DNA from: Macrostomum lignano
Taxonomy: Eukaryota
Length of the DNA: 64,000 bases
Direction: 5' to 3'
Assembly: GCA_002269645.1 (NCBI GenBank)
Contig: NIVC01001013.1
Span: 247,142-311,141 of the forward strand
Part shown: positions 22,948 to 35,900 of the stretch, one piece after another
Numbering within the stretch: the stretch's first letter is position 1
Layout of the letters: every line of letters starts with the position of its first letter
Notes under the pieces: model-generated
What the model was told of the DNA's origin: nothing
What the model saw: only the letters and a program-made list of their open reading frames with translations
Database searches by the model: none
Made by a program: the position numbers and the translations under genes

Positions 22948-23390
22948 GGCGCTAATCCTCTCATTTGGCGCTAATCCTCTCATTTGGCGCTAATCCTCCT
23001 ATTTGGCGCTAATCCTCCTTTTTGGTGCTAATTCCCCTATTCAGGGCTAATCCTCCCATTTGGCGCTAATCCCCCTATTTGGCGCTAATCCCCCTATTTG
23101 GCGCTAATCCTCCTATTTGGCGCTAATCCTCCTTTTTGGTGCTAATTCCCCTATTCAGGGCTAATCCTCCCATTTGGCGCTAATCCCCCTATTTGGCGCT
23201 AATCCCCCTATTTGGCGCTAATCCTCTAATTTGGCGCTAATCCCACTATTTGGCGCTAATCCTCCTATTTGGCGCTAAAATTCTCATTTGGCGCTAATCC
23301 TCCTATTCGGCGCTAATCCTCCCATTTGGCGCTAATCCCACTATTTGGCGCTAATCCCACTATTCGGCGCTAATCCTCCTTTTCGGCGCC
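22948..23390. repeat. 19-bp minisatellite (~23 copies), most units containing TAATCC
   Basis: Unit TTTGGCGCTAATCCTCCTA; 20 TAATCC hexamers counted. Confidence 0.92.
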
Positions 23391-24099
23391 AAGACTCTCT
23401 CTAACTTTAATTTAAACTATTCGAAATTATTCTGAATTTCAAAGACTCAGAAAAAGTCTTCAAGCACAACTTGCAGTTGCTAAGCCGAATGGCGCCGTAT
23501 TTGCGGAATTTCAATCCACTCAAGTGGAGCCCTGCGTCCGATAAGATTTATTTCTTTGCCAGAAAATTTCACGCATCCGATTTCTCAAGCATGCAACGCA
23601 GATTTCAATCCTTTCTTGGCTGAGAAAATTCTGTCAAAGAACCGACTGGCCAAGGGAAGATAAGGGCACCTGTCATCTGGCCATCTTCGCTGGGATTTCG
23701 ACTGTGGGTGCATGATCAAAAGCTTCTGGCCCCCTTTTCCCTTACCCACCTCCTCATCCGAATTTCCCCATTCTCTCGCAATGGGAGGCAATAAAAAATT
23801 GCTGGGATCTGTTGCGATCAGCAGTTCCATATGCCCAGGCTTAATTTGATACCGATCTTGAGCTGGCCTCTCTCGCCGCACGACCTTCTGTCAGAACCGG
23901 CCGCCAGTCAAACTCAGTGAGCGAGTGAGAAAGTCGCCAACTCAGAAATCGAATTATTCGAACAACAGGGAGTCACGTCCTGTCTGCCTCTCGATCCCTA
24001 ACTTTTGTTTAAGAAAACTTTCATCGAGAATTTCATTTCTCTATTTTACCTGTTGTGATTTATGAGCCAAGGTTTATCTGTAGCCATCTCCATTAATAC

Positions 24100-25125
24100 T
24101 GCAGTTTTGGCGCCGCTGTCTCTTCATTTCAGTCCTTCAGTTTTGGCGCCGCTGTCTTTTCATTTCAGTCCTTCAGTTTTGGCGCCGCTGTCTTTTCATT
24201 TCAGTCCTTCAGTTTTGGCGCCGCTGTCTCTTCATTTCAGTCCTTCAGTTTTGGCGCCGCTGTCTTTTCATTTCAGTCCTTCAGTTTTGGCGCCGCTGTC
24301 TCTTCATTTCAGTCATTCAGTTTTGGCGCCGCTGTCTCTTCATTTCAGTCCTTCAGTTTTGGCGCCTCTGTCTGTTCATTTCAGTCATTCAGTTTTGGCG
24401 CCTCTGTCTCTTCATTTCAGTCCTTCAGTTTTGGCGCCTCTGTCTCTTCATTTCAGTCCTTCAGTTTTGGCGCCTCTGTCTTTTCATTTCAGTCCTTCAG
24501 TTTTGGCGCCTCTGTCTTTTCATTTCAGTCCTTCAGTTTTGGCGCCTCTGTCTCTTCATTTCAGTCCTTCAGTTTTGGCGCCTCTGTCTTTTCATTTCAG
24601 TCCTTCAGTTTTGGCGCCTCTGTCTCTTCATTTCAGTCCTTCAGTTTTGGCGCCTCTGTCTCTTCATTTCAGTCCTTCAGTTTTGGCGCCTCTGTCTCTT
24701 CATTTCAGTCCTTCAGTTTTGGCGCCTCTGTCTCTTCATTTCAGTCCTTCAGTTTTGGCGCCTCCGTCTCTTCATTTCAGTCCTTCAGTTTTGGCGCCTC
24801 TGTCTGTTCATTTCAGTCCTTCAGTTTTGGCGCCGCTGTCTCTTCATTTCAGTCCTGCAGTTTTGGCGCCGCTGTCTCTTCATTTCAGTCCTGCAGATTT
24901 GGCGCCGCTGTCTCTTCATTTCAGTCCTGCAGTTTTGGCGCCGCTGTCTCTTCATTTCAGTCCTGCAGATTTGGCGCCGCTGTCTCTTCATTTCAGTCCT
25001 TCAGTTTTGGCGCCTCTGTCTTTTCATTTCAGTCCTTCAGTTTTGGCGCCTCTGTCTTTTCATTTCAGTCCTTCAGTTTTGGCACCGCTGTCTCTTCATT
25101 TCAGTCCTTCAGTTTTGGCGCCGCT
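24100..25125. repeat. 36-bp minisatellite (~28 copies)
   Basis: Unit CAGTTTTGGCGCC(G/T)CTGTCTCTTCATTTCAGTCCTT. Confidence 0.93.
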
Positions 25126-25909
25126 GCCGCCTCAAAGAAATATCAAAGCCAAGAATGCAGAGCTGTCAGGTGTACCAGCCTCATTCGGGGTGTGGCTCGG
25201 AGGCGAGGCACAGAAGAAGGAAAATAAATCGAATCGAAATCCCAGTCTGAGCTCCCCTCCCCTCCTCTCTCTCTGTGTCTTCCTCGGCTTCGGCTTGCGC
25301 GAAATTGCCTCATCACAGTTTCGGGGATTTAATCCCCGGCTAAGCTCCCTCGCGCGCTGTTCCCCCCCCATTTTCTAAAACATCTCCCGCGCCCGTGTGA
25401 GGGATTAGTGGGGCCGCAGCTTCCGAAAGTTTCTCGTCGATAATTTTGGGCCCCACCCGCCCAGCGGGGGGCCTCGGGTCCTCCGCTAGGCATGGCGGAC
25501 AACAATTTCTTTTTGCGCCAAAGGAGACGGAGATTAACTGCCCTGCCAGCCTCATCAGCAGCTTCTGGGCGGAAATGAAAGTGGCGAAAAGGGCGTCGGG
25601 GATATTGGGAAATGAATTTCTCTGTGTTTTTCGAATTAATTCCCCCCCGGCCGGCCTCCGCTCTCTTTTCTCGTTCCGTCGGTGGTCCAAAGCGAACAGA
25701 AATATGGTGGGGCGGCTCCTTTGTCAGCAAACAGATTAGCTGATCCTCTCATTCTAGATCTTCCCAAATCCTTTCGAATCTGAGCACGCCAACCCCCCAG
25801 CCTCCGTCGTCAAGGCCGGTGACGCTGCTGAATTGGGCAATTAGCACCTAGCAATATGGTTAAAAATTTTCAATGATTTGTTTGTCTAAAATTTATATGC
25901 ATGTTACTC

Positions 25910-26345
25910 CTATCTGATTGGATCTACATGTATCTAATCCTTTTTGATTGGATCTACATGCACCTAATCCTTTTTGATTGGATCTACATGCATCTGATTA
26001 GATCTGCATGCATCTAATCATGTGTGATTAGATCTACATGCATCTGATTAGATCTACATGCATCTGATTAGATCTAAATACATCTGATTAGATCTACATG
26101 CATCTGATTAGATCTACATGCATCTGATTAGATCTAAATACATCTGATTAGATCTACATGCATCTGATTAGATCTACATGCATCTGATTAGATCTACATG
26201 CATCTGATTAGATCTAAATACATCTGATTAGATCTACATGCATCTGATTAGATCTAAATACATCTGATTAGATCTACATACATCTGATTAGATCTACATA
26301 CATCGGATTAGATCTACATGCATCTGATTAGACCTACATGCATCT
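25910..26345. repeat. 20-bp minisatellite
   Basis: Unit CATCTGATTAGATCTACATG. Confidence 0.9.
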
Positions 26346-27109
26346 AATGACGCATGTCAGACAGAAATTCGCGGTTTTGTGTCAAAGAGTAAGTCATGTA
26401 TAGTAAAATAGTACAGAGTAAAAGAATAAAGTGTAAAAAGAAAATCTTGCATAAGTGCAAAATTATATTAAGGTGAACAGCTGCCTATTTCAAATACACA
26501 ACCATCAGTCTGAGTCAGTGTAATCTTCATCTTCAACTAGTCTCATTCCAAGATTTCATGAAATCAGTTCCAAACAGGCATACTGAACCGTTACGCATAG
26601 ATCAGGCAAAATTTTCAGAAAAAGTTCGCAGATAGCCTAACGAGCTTCTGCGGGGTTTCTTTCGTGTGAAAGGAAGCTCACCGATCTTCTAGAAGAGACA
26701 GACATTTTAGCTTATTAAGTTAATTAAAAATAGATCATCTATATATGATATGCATTTCAGGTAGAAGTGACATAGGTTTTGCCTCTGCTCATCCTCATTT
26801 TCGAGTCTCATCTCCCACCAGCTCTTGAGCTCTGCTCCTCAGAAGCCTTTTTTGCAAGGCCGACCGCGTGCAGAGGAGATTGCCTTAGCCACGTGGCACG
26901 CGAGTTCTTGCAAGAAGAAAACGAATGAATATGTCGGACACCTGCGCAAAAGGGAAGCTGGATGATGGAGAAGGGAGTATGGAGCTGATCTGCGCTAAAA
27001 ATGGAAGCTACTAGTGTTGAGCGATTCCGTGATGGGGATTATTCCAGACTGGACTCGTTCTAGGATGCTGAAGCATTTTCCTCAGATTTGAATTCCTTCA
27101 ACTCCCAGA

Positions 27110-27930
27110 TCTTCAGATCCTCCCAGATCCTCCCAGATCCTCTCAGATCCTCTCTTATCCCCCCAGATCCTCAGATCCTCCCAGATCCTCCCAGATCCTC
27201 TTAAATCCTTCCAGATCCTCTCAGATCCTCTCTTATCCCCCCAGATCCTCAGATCCTCAGATCCTCCCAGATCCTCCCAGATCCTCCCAGATCCTCCCAG
27301 ATCCTCCCAGATCCTCCCAGATCCTCCCAGATCCTCCCAGATCCTCTCAGATCCTCCCAGATCCTCCCAGATCCTCCCAGATCCTCCCAGATCCTCCCAG
27401 ATCCTCCCAGATCCTCTCAGATCCTCTTAAATCCTTCCAGATCCTCTCAGATCCTCTCTTATCCCCCCAGATCCTCAGATCCTCCAGATCCTCCCAGATC
27501 CTCCCAGATCCTCCCAGATCCTCCAGATCCTCCCAGATTCTCCCAGATCCTCCCAGATCCTCCCAGATCCTCCCAGATCCTCCCAGATCCTCCCAGATCC
27601 TCCCAGATCCTCCCAGATCCTCCCAGATCCTCCCAGATCCTCCCAGATCCTCCCAGATCCTCTCAGATCCTCTCAGATCCTCCCAGATCCTCCCAGATCC
27701 TCTCAGATCCTCCCAGATCCTCCCAGATCCTCCCAGATCCTCCCAGATCCTCCCAGATCCTCTCAGATCCTCCCAGATCCTCCCAGATCCTCTCAGATCC
27801 TCTCAGATCCTTCCAGATCCTCTCAGATCCTTCCAGATCCTCTCAGATCCTTCCAGATCCTCCCAGATCCTTCCAGATCCTCCCAGATTCTCCCAGATCC
27901 TCCCAGATCCTCCCAGATCCTTCCAGCTCC
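27110..27930. repeat. 10-bp minisatellite
   Basis: Unit CAGATCCTC(C/T). Confidence 0.93.
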
Positions 27931-29806
27931 TCCCAGCTCCTCCCAGTTTTTTCACTTGTCTAACTCAGTAACCAGGGCAAAAAGAAATTGGCTGCAGCAG
28001 TTGAGCAGGCAGGCAGGTTTTGAGCAGCTGCACAGGGGTGGCCTCGCCATCTCCAGCAGCCAATCGGTTCGCTTGGACTCGCCGGATTGGCCGACCTCCG
28101 CGACAGAAACAGTTTCTGCGCCAAGCTCCAACCCGGCGCTGCAGATTTCTTGAGCTTATCTTCCGCCTGCTTCTGCTAGCGCCTTATTCCAGCCTCCCTG
28201 CCCCATCGTGTCCAGTCCAAACACAGCTGCCCGATTCGCTTCGTCCCGCAGTCGCCAACCCGCTCGCCAAATCCCTTCTTAATCCCCTCCAGCGGGACTC
28301 CCATCCTTGCCCGGCTCCTTCTAGAAGAAGATCTCCAGCTTTGAGGCTTCGAAGGCCGCCTTTTCTATTATTAAAATCTCAAGTGTCAAACGATTCAGGT
28401 GAGTATCGATTTAACAGCATTCTCCCATTGCTCCCATTGTCTGGTCATTTTGCTCAACCAAATTGGGTTGCTATTTTTGTTGCTTCCCACAGATTTTTTG
28501 CCTCATTTGTTTCGTAAAATTTCTAATTATAAAGTTTTCCTCCTTATTTATTAATAACTTTTCCACCGCTTTTCCTGTGCATCCGCCCCTTACCGCCCAG
28601 TTTTACGACAAATCCGCCCTATTTCCGCCCCCTTCGACTCCGGGTCCCGCCTTCATCTCCATAGCTTCTGTTTTCCGTCATTCCGTTTTAAAACGGATTT
28701 TAACAAATTTTTAGCAAACCGCCGTTCATTTTTATCCCGAAATTGCGTGCGCAAAAGAAAAACCTATTTAGACCCTGTGCGGCTATACGGGAGAGGGCAG
28801 GCCATTGGGGATGAAGCTGCGCCGAGCTGTCGCTGCTTACGCCAGCGAGTTTTTGTCTCCAGTCTCTGCACCCTGGGGGGCTGCAGGCGCTGCTCCCTTC
28901 CTCTATTTCTCTCTCTCGACCCACCCCACCCGACCCCTCCCGGGCCATCAGAGTGACATGTTTTCAGTCCTTTAATCCTCTCGCTAATCCCTTCCATTCG
29001 AATGGCAGGGCCCCCGGGAAAGAGGCGGGAGACACGGGGCAAAAGCAGGGCGAGAGAGGCAGCTGATCGAAAAAAATGGCTTGAGCCCATCCTCCGCTTG
29101 TCTCTCCCCTGACAATTGCAGGGAAAATATGAATAGAAGACAAACTCGAGCTCAGGTGGGGCAACAGGGGGGGGGGTGGTGGCTCCGATGGGGCTCCGAA
29201 ACTCGGCTTCCCATTTCGCTAAAACTTCCCCCCCTCAGCATCTCCTCTGACAGCCATCGGCTGTCCCGAAAGTTCCCCAACTCTTGCTGACCCGCCGCCC
29301 CCAGACGAATATCCCTAATCCCCTACTAAATCCATCGCGATGGCGACGACTCGACTTACGATGCGGCAACTCCGTTCAGCGGCCCCGCGTGGTGCACCTG
29401 CAGACAGGCCGCCTGCTTTTAGTCTCAGCCTCTCCTCTTTCCAGCTGGGGATTAGAGATCCCCCAGCCCGTGCTGATGAAGGTGACGGGGGAGTGGGGTT
29501 CAAGCGACAGTTTCACCCAACGCCACTCGCCCTAAAACTCCCATATACGCTGTCTGCGTCTCTCTACCTGTCTATCCGAAATCCGAGGCCGACCCATTAA
29601 CTCGGCGCACGCTCGCCCCACTCGCCGCGGTGTCAGTGGGACCCATCGTCCTGAGCTCAAGTTTCCTCGTGCCTCAGGCCTCTCTGGCTCTCTATTTAGT
29701 ATTTTATCGACACAAGAACTGCAGCTGCCGGTGTTCTTCATCGTTCTTCAAATCGGGAACTGAATACCAACTATAGGTTTGGTGATTTCATTCCAGCTGC
29801 AGAGCG

Positions 29807-31038
29807 ATGGACTGGAGCGGCTATCACCACGGCTCGCAGTTCAATTATAACCCGCATCCGGGAGGCGCCAGCGGACTTGGCAAGCAGGGCTTCGCCATGA
29901 TGGGCAACCTGGGCGTCGGGATCGCCACACCGCCGGCTCATCACGAGATGCTCCATCATCCGGCCCTGACCGCCTACTCCAGTAAGACTGAACTCTGTCA
30001 CACTACTCTGTCTCGTATTCATGAGACGAACTCGAGTTTCTCTAAGTTTTCATTTTCCAATTTGCAGCCCCTGTGCGCAAGCAGCGGCGCGAGAGGACCA
30101 CCTTCACCAGGGCGCAGCTGCAGATCCTGGAGGAGCTGTTCGGCAAGACCAAGTACCCGGACATCTTCATGCGCGAGGAGGTGGCGCTGCGGATCAACCT
30201 GCCGGAGTCGCGGGTGCAGGTCTGGTTCAAGAACCGCCGGGCCAAGCAGCGCCAGCAGCAGAAGCAGAAGGAGGCCGGCGAGAAGGCCGCCCACTGCGGC
30301 GTGTCGGCCGCCTCCGCCGGACAGCCGGTCGGACACGCCGGACACGCCGGACACGCTGGACACGCCGGACACGCCGGACACGCCGGACACGGAGCGAAGG
30401 CCGTCTCCGTCTCGGCTTCCGCCGCGCCGCTGGCCGGAGGCTCCGCACTCGCCGCCGCCACCGCTGCCGCTGCGGCCGCTGCCGCCAACATCGGCGGCAG
30501 AGGCGGCGGCGCCGGCATCGGCGGCGGAGGCGGCGGCGCCGGCATCGACATGGCCGGCTGCCTCCACGACGCCGGCGGTGGCGCTGTCAAGTGCGAGGAC
30601 GTCGACTCGAGCAGCCCGTCGCCCGCCAAGACGCTCAGCCTGCCCGGCTCGGCCGAGGCCTCCAAGCGCAGCCCCGCCGTCTCCGCCAACGGCCACGCCG
30701 CCGCCGCGGCCGCCGCTGCCGCGCACTTCCTCACCGACTCTACCGGACACTCCGGCGCCGCCGGCTGGGGCGCCTCGGCCGCCGGACGCCTCGCCGGACC
30801 CAACAGCCCGACTGACGGCGGCTCCGCCTACGCCACCTGCGTTCAGCAGCAGCACCGCAGCGCTGCCGCAGCCGCAGCCGCCGCGGCCGCTGCCGCTGCC
30901 TACCACAACCAGACCTACGGACAGTACAGCGCTACAGGCTACCCTCCGTATGACTACCTGCGACCTGCTGCCTACCCGCAGCAGCCGCCAGACTATGACT
31001 ATCAGGGCTGGTCATCGCGCAAGCTGCAGCTGCTGTGA
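29807..31038 (+). CDS. otx: Orthodenticle/Otx K50 homeobox protein, copy A, 2 coding exons: 29807-29981, 30068-31038 (~381 aa)
   Basis: Homeodomain [57 protein letters not shown] (K50, Otx diagnostic) and an Otx-tail-like end [15 protein letters not shown]. The 86-nt phase-1 intron GTAAGA...TTTGCAG (29982-30067) joins exon 1 in frame. Confidence 0.93.
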
Positions 31039-31709
31039 ACTCTTTGACACTTGATTGATATCGGATTAATGATTTATTGTTCGGTCATTGTTGGGACTTT
31101 GCGTCAAAGTGCAAACCGTTTTTGTGTCGGGTTTTCATCCGGGATTTCACTATTAAGCTTTTCTATATATTCTCCTTATGCGTTTGAGTCCCCTAGCGAT
31201 GAGCAATATGTACAGCCATAGGAATGCGTTCTAAATAAGTGTAGTTATTATTGTTTAAATTTTGTTTAAATGCTCTCCTTGTAGACAGTAATTATTATAG
31301 CTTCTGGCACGAATTTCTGCGATATTACTTACTTTACTCACACCTGTCACTCTGGTCTCTCTGTTTGTTAAAATTAGAAATTTAAACATGTTTTTAAGCA
31401 TCTGTCTCTGCAGATCGTCCAGAACTGTCAATGTTTAGTAAAGGCCTGTAGCTATGCACTACTTTGTCGCGTCTCTAAATTTAAATCATTCTGCATAAAG
31501 ACTGAATCTATAGGCAACTGGTTAACAATAAAGCTGATTTTTATAAGTGCGAAATGCAAGTATATATACATATATATTTATATGAAATATATATTGAGCA
31601 ATGAAAACTAATACTGTATGTTTAAGAATAACTATATAAGACGGATGTATTTCAGTTGTAGTTCATTTTTTTGTTAAAAGTATAGCGTGAGAAAATTCTA
31701 GTCTTAGAA

Positions 31710-32500
31710 CAGCGCCCCAAACAGCCCCCAAACAGCCCTCAAACAGCCCCCAAACAGCCCCCAAATAAACCCCAAACAGCCCCTCAACAGCCCCCAAACA
31801 GCCCCCAGAAAGACCCCCAAACAGCCCCCAAACAGACCTCCAACAGCCCCCCAAACAACCCCTGTAAACAGCCCCCCCAAACAACCTCAAACAGCTCTCA
31901 AACAGCCCCAAACAACCTCAAACAGCTCTCAAACAGCCCCAAACAACCTCAAACAGCTCTCAAACAGCCCCAAACAACCTCAAACAGCTCTCAAACAGCC
32001 CCAAACAACCTCAAACAGCTCTCAAACAGCCCCAAACAACCTCAAACAGCTCTCAAACAGCCCCAAACAACCTCAAACAGCTCTCAAACAGCCCCAAACA
32101 ACCTCAAACAGCTCTCAAACAGCCACAAACAGCTCTCAAACAGCCCCAAACAACTTCAAACAGCTCTCAAACAGCCCCCCAAACAACCTCAAACAGCTCT
32201 CAAACAGCCACAAACAGCTCTCAAACAGCCCCAAACAACCTCAAACAGCTCTCAAACGGCCCCCCAAACAACCTCAAACAGCTCTCAAACAGCCCCAAAA
32301 AACCTCAAACAGCTCTCAAACAGCCCCAAACAACCTCAAACAGCTCTCAAACAGCCCCAAACAACCTCAAACAGCTCTCAAACAGCCTCAAACAACCTCA
32401 AACAGCTCTCAAACAGCCCCAAACAACCTCAAACAGCTCTCAAACAGCCCCAAACAACCTCAAACAGCTCTCAAACAGCCTCAAACAACCTCCAACAGCC
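31710..32500. repeat. AAACAGCCCC-derived 10/11-bp repeat forming a 31-bp unit, in the spacer between the two Otx 3' ends
   Basis: Unit AAACAACCTC-AAACAGCTCTC-AAACAGCCCC. Confidence 0.9.
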
Positions 32501-32914
32501 AGTATGCCAATCAATCCAAGCAACGCAGCAAACTGAAACGAAGCGACAAAAAGCACATTAAATATTGTTAACAGACGAGCAAATATATTATTGCGGCAGA
32601 CTAAGGATCAGAGCACGAACACAGGCGGTAAGCTATTCTTCAATTTGCATACGCTACATTTTAGTGAGAAAAGTTGCAATACTATGCAAAATTCAGAGAA
32701 GGAAATTACAAAAACAAATATATAGGGAGACTGAAGAGGCTTACATGTAACAGCCAAGCATTTTTCTTCTGCATTGGGGCCGGAATTTCAATGATCGGTA
32801 AGAAAACGGTGGCGGAGGCATGCAGCATACAAATCCAGATAAAGCTTATTAATTAATACACAGAGACTGTTTAGGCCGGACTATATATGGAATATTCCTG
32901 CTAAAGTCAGTGAG

Positions 32915-35900
32915 CTACAGCAGCTGCAGCTTGCGCGATGACCAGCCCTGATAGTCATAGTCTGGCGGCTGCTGCGGGTAGGCAGCAGGTCGCAGGTAGT
33001 CATACGGAGGGTAGCCTGTAGCGCTGTACTGTCCGTAGGTCTGGTTGTGGTAGGCAGCGGCAGCGGCCGCGGCGGCTGCGGCTGCGGCAGCGCTGCGGTG
33101 CTGCTGCTGAACGCAGGTGGCGTAGGCGGAGCCGCCGTCAGTCGGGCTGTTGGGTCCGGCGAGGCGTCCGGCGGCCGAGGCGCCCCAGCCGGCGGCGCCG
33201 GAGTGTCCGGTAGAGTCGGTGAGGAAGTGCGCGGCAGCGGCGGCCGCGGCGGCGGCGTGGCCGTTGGCGGAGACGGCGGGGCTGCGCTTGGAGGCCTCGG
33301 CCGAGCCGGGCAGGCTGAGCGTCTTGGCGGGCGACGGGCTGCTCGAGTCGACGTCCTCGCACTTGACAGCGCCACCGCCGGCGTCGTGGAGGCAGCCGGC
33401 CATGTCGATGCCGGCGCCGCCGCCTCCGCCGCCGATGCCGGCGCCGCCGCCTCCGCCGCCGATGTTGGCGGCAGCGGCCGCAGCGGCAGCGGTGGCGGCG
33501 GCGAGTGCGGAGCCTCCGGCCAGCGGCGCGGCGGAAGCCGAGACGGAGACGGCCTTCGCTCCGTGTCCGGCGTGTCCGGCGTGTCCGGCGTGTCCAGCGT
33601 GTCCGGCGTGTCCGGCGTGTCCGACCGGCTGTCCGGCGGAGGCGGCCGACACGCCGCAGTGGGCGGCCTTCTCGCCGGCCTCCTTCTGCTTCTGCTGCTG
33701 GCGCTGCTTGGCCCGGCGGTTCTTGAACCAGACCTGCACCCGCGACTCCGGCAGGTTGATCCGCAGCGCCACCTCCTCGCGCATGAAGATGTCCGGGTAC
33801 TTGGTCTTTCCGAACAGCTCCTCCAGGATCTGCAGCTGCGCCCTGGTGAAGGTGGTCCTCTCGCGCCGCTGCTTGCGCACAGGGGCTGCAAAGTTAATCC
33901 GATGAGGTTGCGTTCGGGCTTGAGAAAATGGCGCTAATGGGTTGAGTTCAGTTGTGTTACACGCACTGCCTTTCGTGTCTGAGCAGCTGCCCCAGGTGGG
34001 CCAACAAGCAGCGGGGAGCCGCAGCCGCCCCCTCTCGAATTCTCTCGGCTCGGCGAGCCCGGCGGGTGGGGGGTGCGCCGTTTTGTTTTAATCTGCAGCA
34101 TTCAAAGCAGACCTTCAATCCGCTGGGATTATTCCCTATACAGACAGGCGCGCCCCTTTGTAGCCAAATAAAATTCTTTCGCATCCACGCGAGAGGCTGG
34201 GGAGTCGCGTGTCGGGCGCTCTGCAAGGTCGGGTTGGCCTCCCCCCTATAGAGCAGTCAAGTATGCTCATCAATCTGAGCATTCCATTGAATGCGGCACT
34301 CAGGTGGTCAGTGATGGATTCGGCCTGATGCAGCCAGCGCCTGTGCTCAAGGACCGCGAGCATTTCTTTGTGTTGACGAAATCTTTCATTTTCTCCTATA
34401 GCCGCCTCGAGGCGGATTTTCTGTGAGTAAAAAGTAATAGTTGCATCGAGTGGGGGGATTACAGGTAGGAGGGGATACGGACTGGATTTTCGGTTTAATC
34501 AAGCTGAGTATCGAGAAAGATGGCTGAGGGCGGAGGCGGTAAGGTAATCAAGTTAATAGCAGCAAATAAATGCCCCGAAGCAATTATTTCAGTTAGAAGA
34601 TTGATCGCTTTCCTTTCGAGGTGTGTTGACAACATTCAGCCTCAACCTTGACCTGTTCTGGAAACTTACTAGATACTTCTTGAAGTGTTTTCTAATTCAC
34701 AGGCCTCTGAATCCGCTACCCCGCTCCTTCAGTGAGCTGCTCAATCCGCTACCCCTGCTCCTTCAGTGAGCTGCTCAATCCGCTACCCCCGCTTCTTCAG
34801 TGAGCTGCTCAATCCGCTACCCCCCGCTTCTTCAGTGAGCTGCTCAATCCGCTACCCCCGCTCCTTCAGTGAGCTGCTCAATCCGCTACCCCCGCTCCTT
34901 CAGTGAGCTGCTCAATCCGCTACCCCCCGCTTCTTCAGTGAGCTGCTCAATCTGCTACCTCCGCTCCTTCAGTGAGCTGCTCAATCCGCTACCCCCGCTC
35001 CTTCAGTGAGCTGCTCAATCCGCTACCTCCGCTCCTTCAGTGAGCTGCTCAATCCGCTACCCCCGCTCCTTCAGTGAGCTGCTCAATCCGCTACCCCCGC
35101 TCCTTCAGTGAGCTGCTCAATCCGCTACCCCCCGCTTCTTCAGTGAGCTGCTCAATCTGCTACCCCCGCTCCTTCAGTGAGCTGCTCAATCCGCTACCTC
35201 CGCTCCTTCAGTGAGCTGCTCAATCCGCTACCCCCCGCTTCTTCAGTGAGCTGCTCAATCTGCTACCTCCGCTCCTTCAGTGAGCTGCTCAATCTGCTAC
35301 CTCCGCTCCTTCAGTGAGCTGCTCAATCCGCTACCCCCGCTTCTTCAGTGAGCTGCTCAAGCCTCTACCCCCGCTCCTTCAGTGAGCTGCTCAAGCCTCT
35401 ACCCCGCTCCTTCAGTGAGCTGCTCAAGCCTCTACCCCCGCTCCTTCAGTGAGCTGCTCAATCCGCTACCCCCGCTCCTTCAGTGAGCTGCTCAATCCTC
35501 TACCCCCGCTCCTTCAGTGAGCTGCTCAATCCGCTACCTCCGCTCCTTCAGTGAGCTGCTCAATCCGCTACCTCCGCTCCTTCAGTGAGCTGCTCAATCC
35601 GCTACCTCCGCTCCTTCAGTGAGCTGCTCAATCCGCCACACCCGCTCCTTCAGTGAGCTGCTCAATCCGCTACCTCCGCTCCTTCAGTGAGCTGCTCAAT
35701 CCGCTACCTCCGCTCCTTCAGTGAGCTGCTCAATCCGCTACCTCCGCTCCTTCAACTGGCCGCACCAACCGCCAAAACTCTCGAATCTATATTAGGCTCC
35801 TATTTCCCTTGTTTCAAACTCACTTGCATAGGCAGACAGTGCCGGATGGTGCTGCAGCATCTCGTGATGCGCTTGGGCCGCCGCCGCCGCCGCCGCCGCT

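Noticed and set aside
24062-25378. 438-aa ORF (VLAPLSLHFSPS repeats)
   Set aside because: Product of the stop-free 36-bp minisatellite. The same applies to the ORFs at 21545, 40136, 43441-44387, 55970, 57400 and 60358-61411.
29807-33937. Long alternative-frame and antisense ORFs overlapping the Otx exons (e.g. 29807-31054, 30019-30906, 32881-33891, 33047-33937)
   Set aside because: Shadow ORFs of very GC-rich coding sequence; the spliced Otx frame explains the region. They were useful only for confirming the two mismatches.
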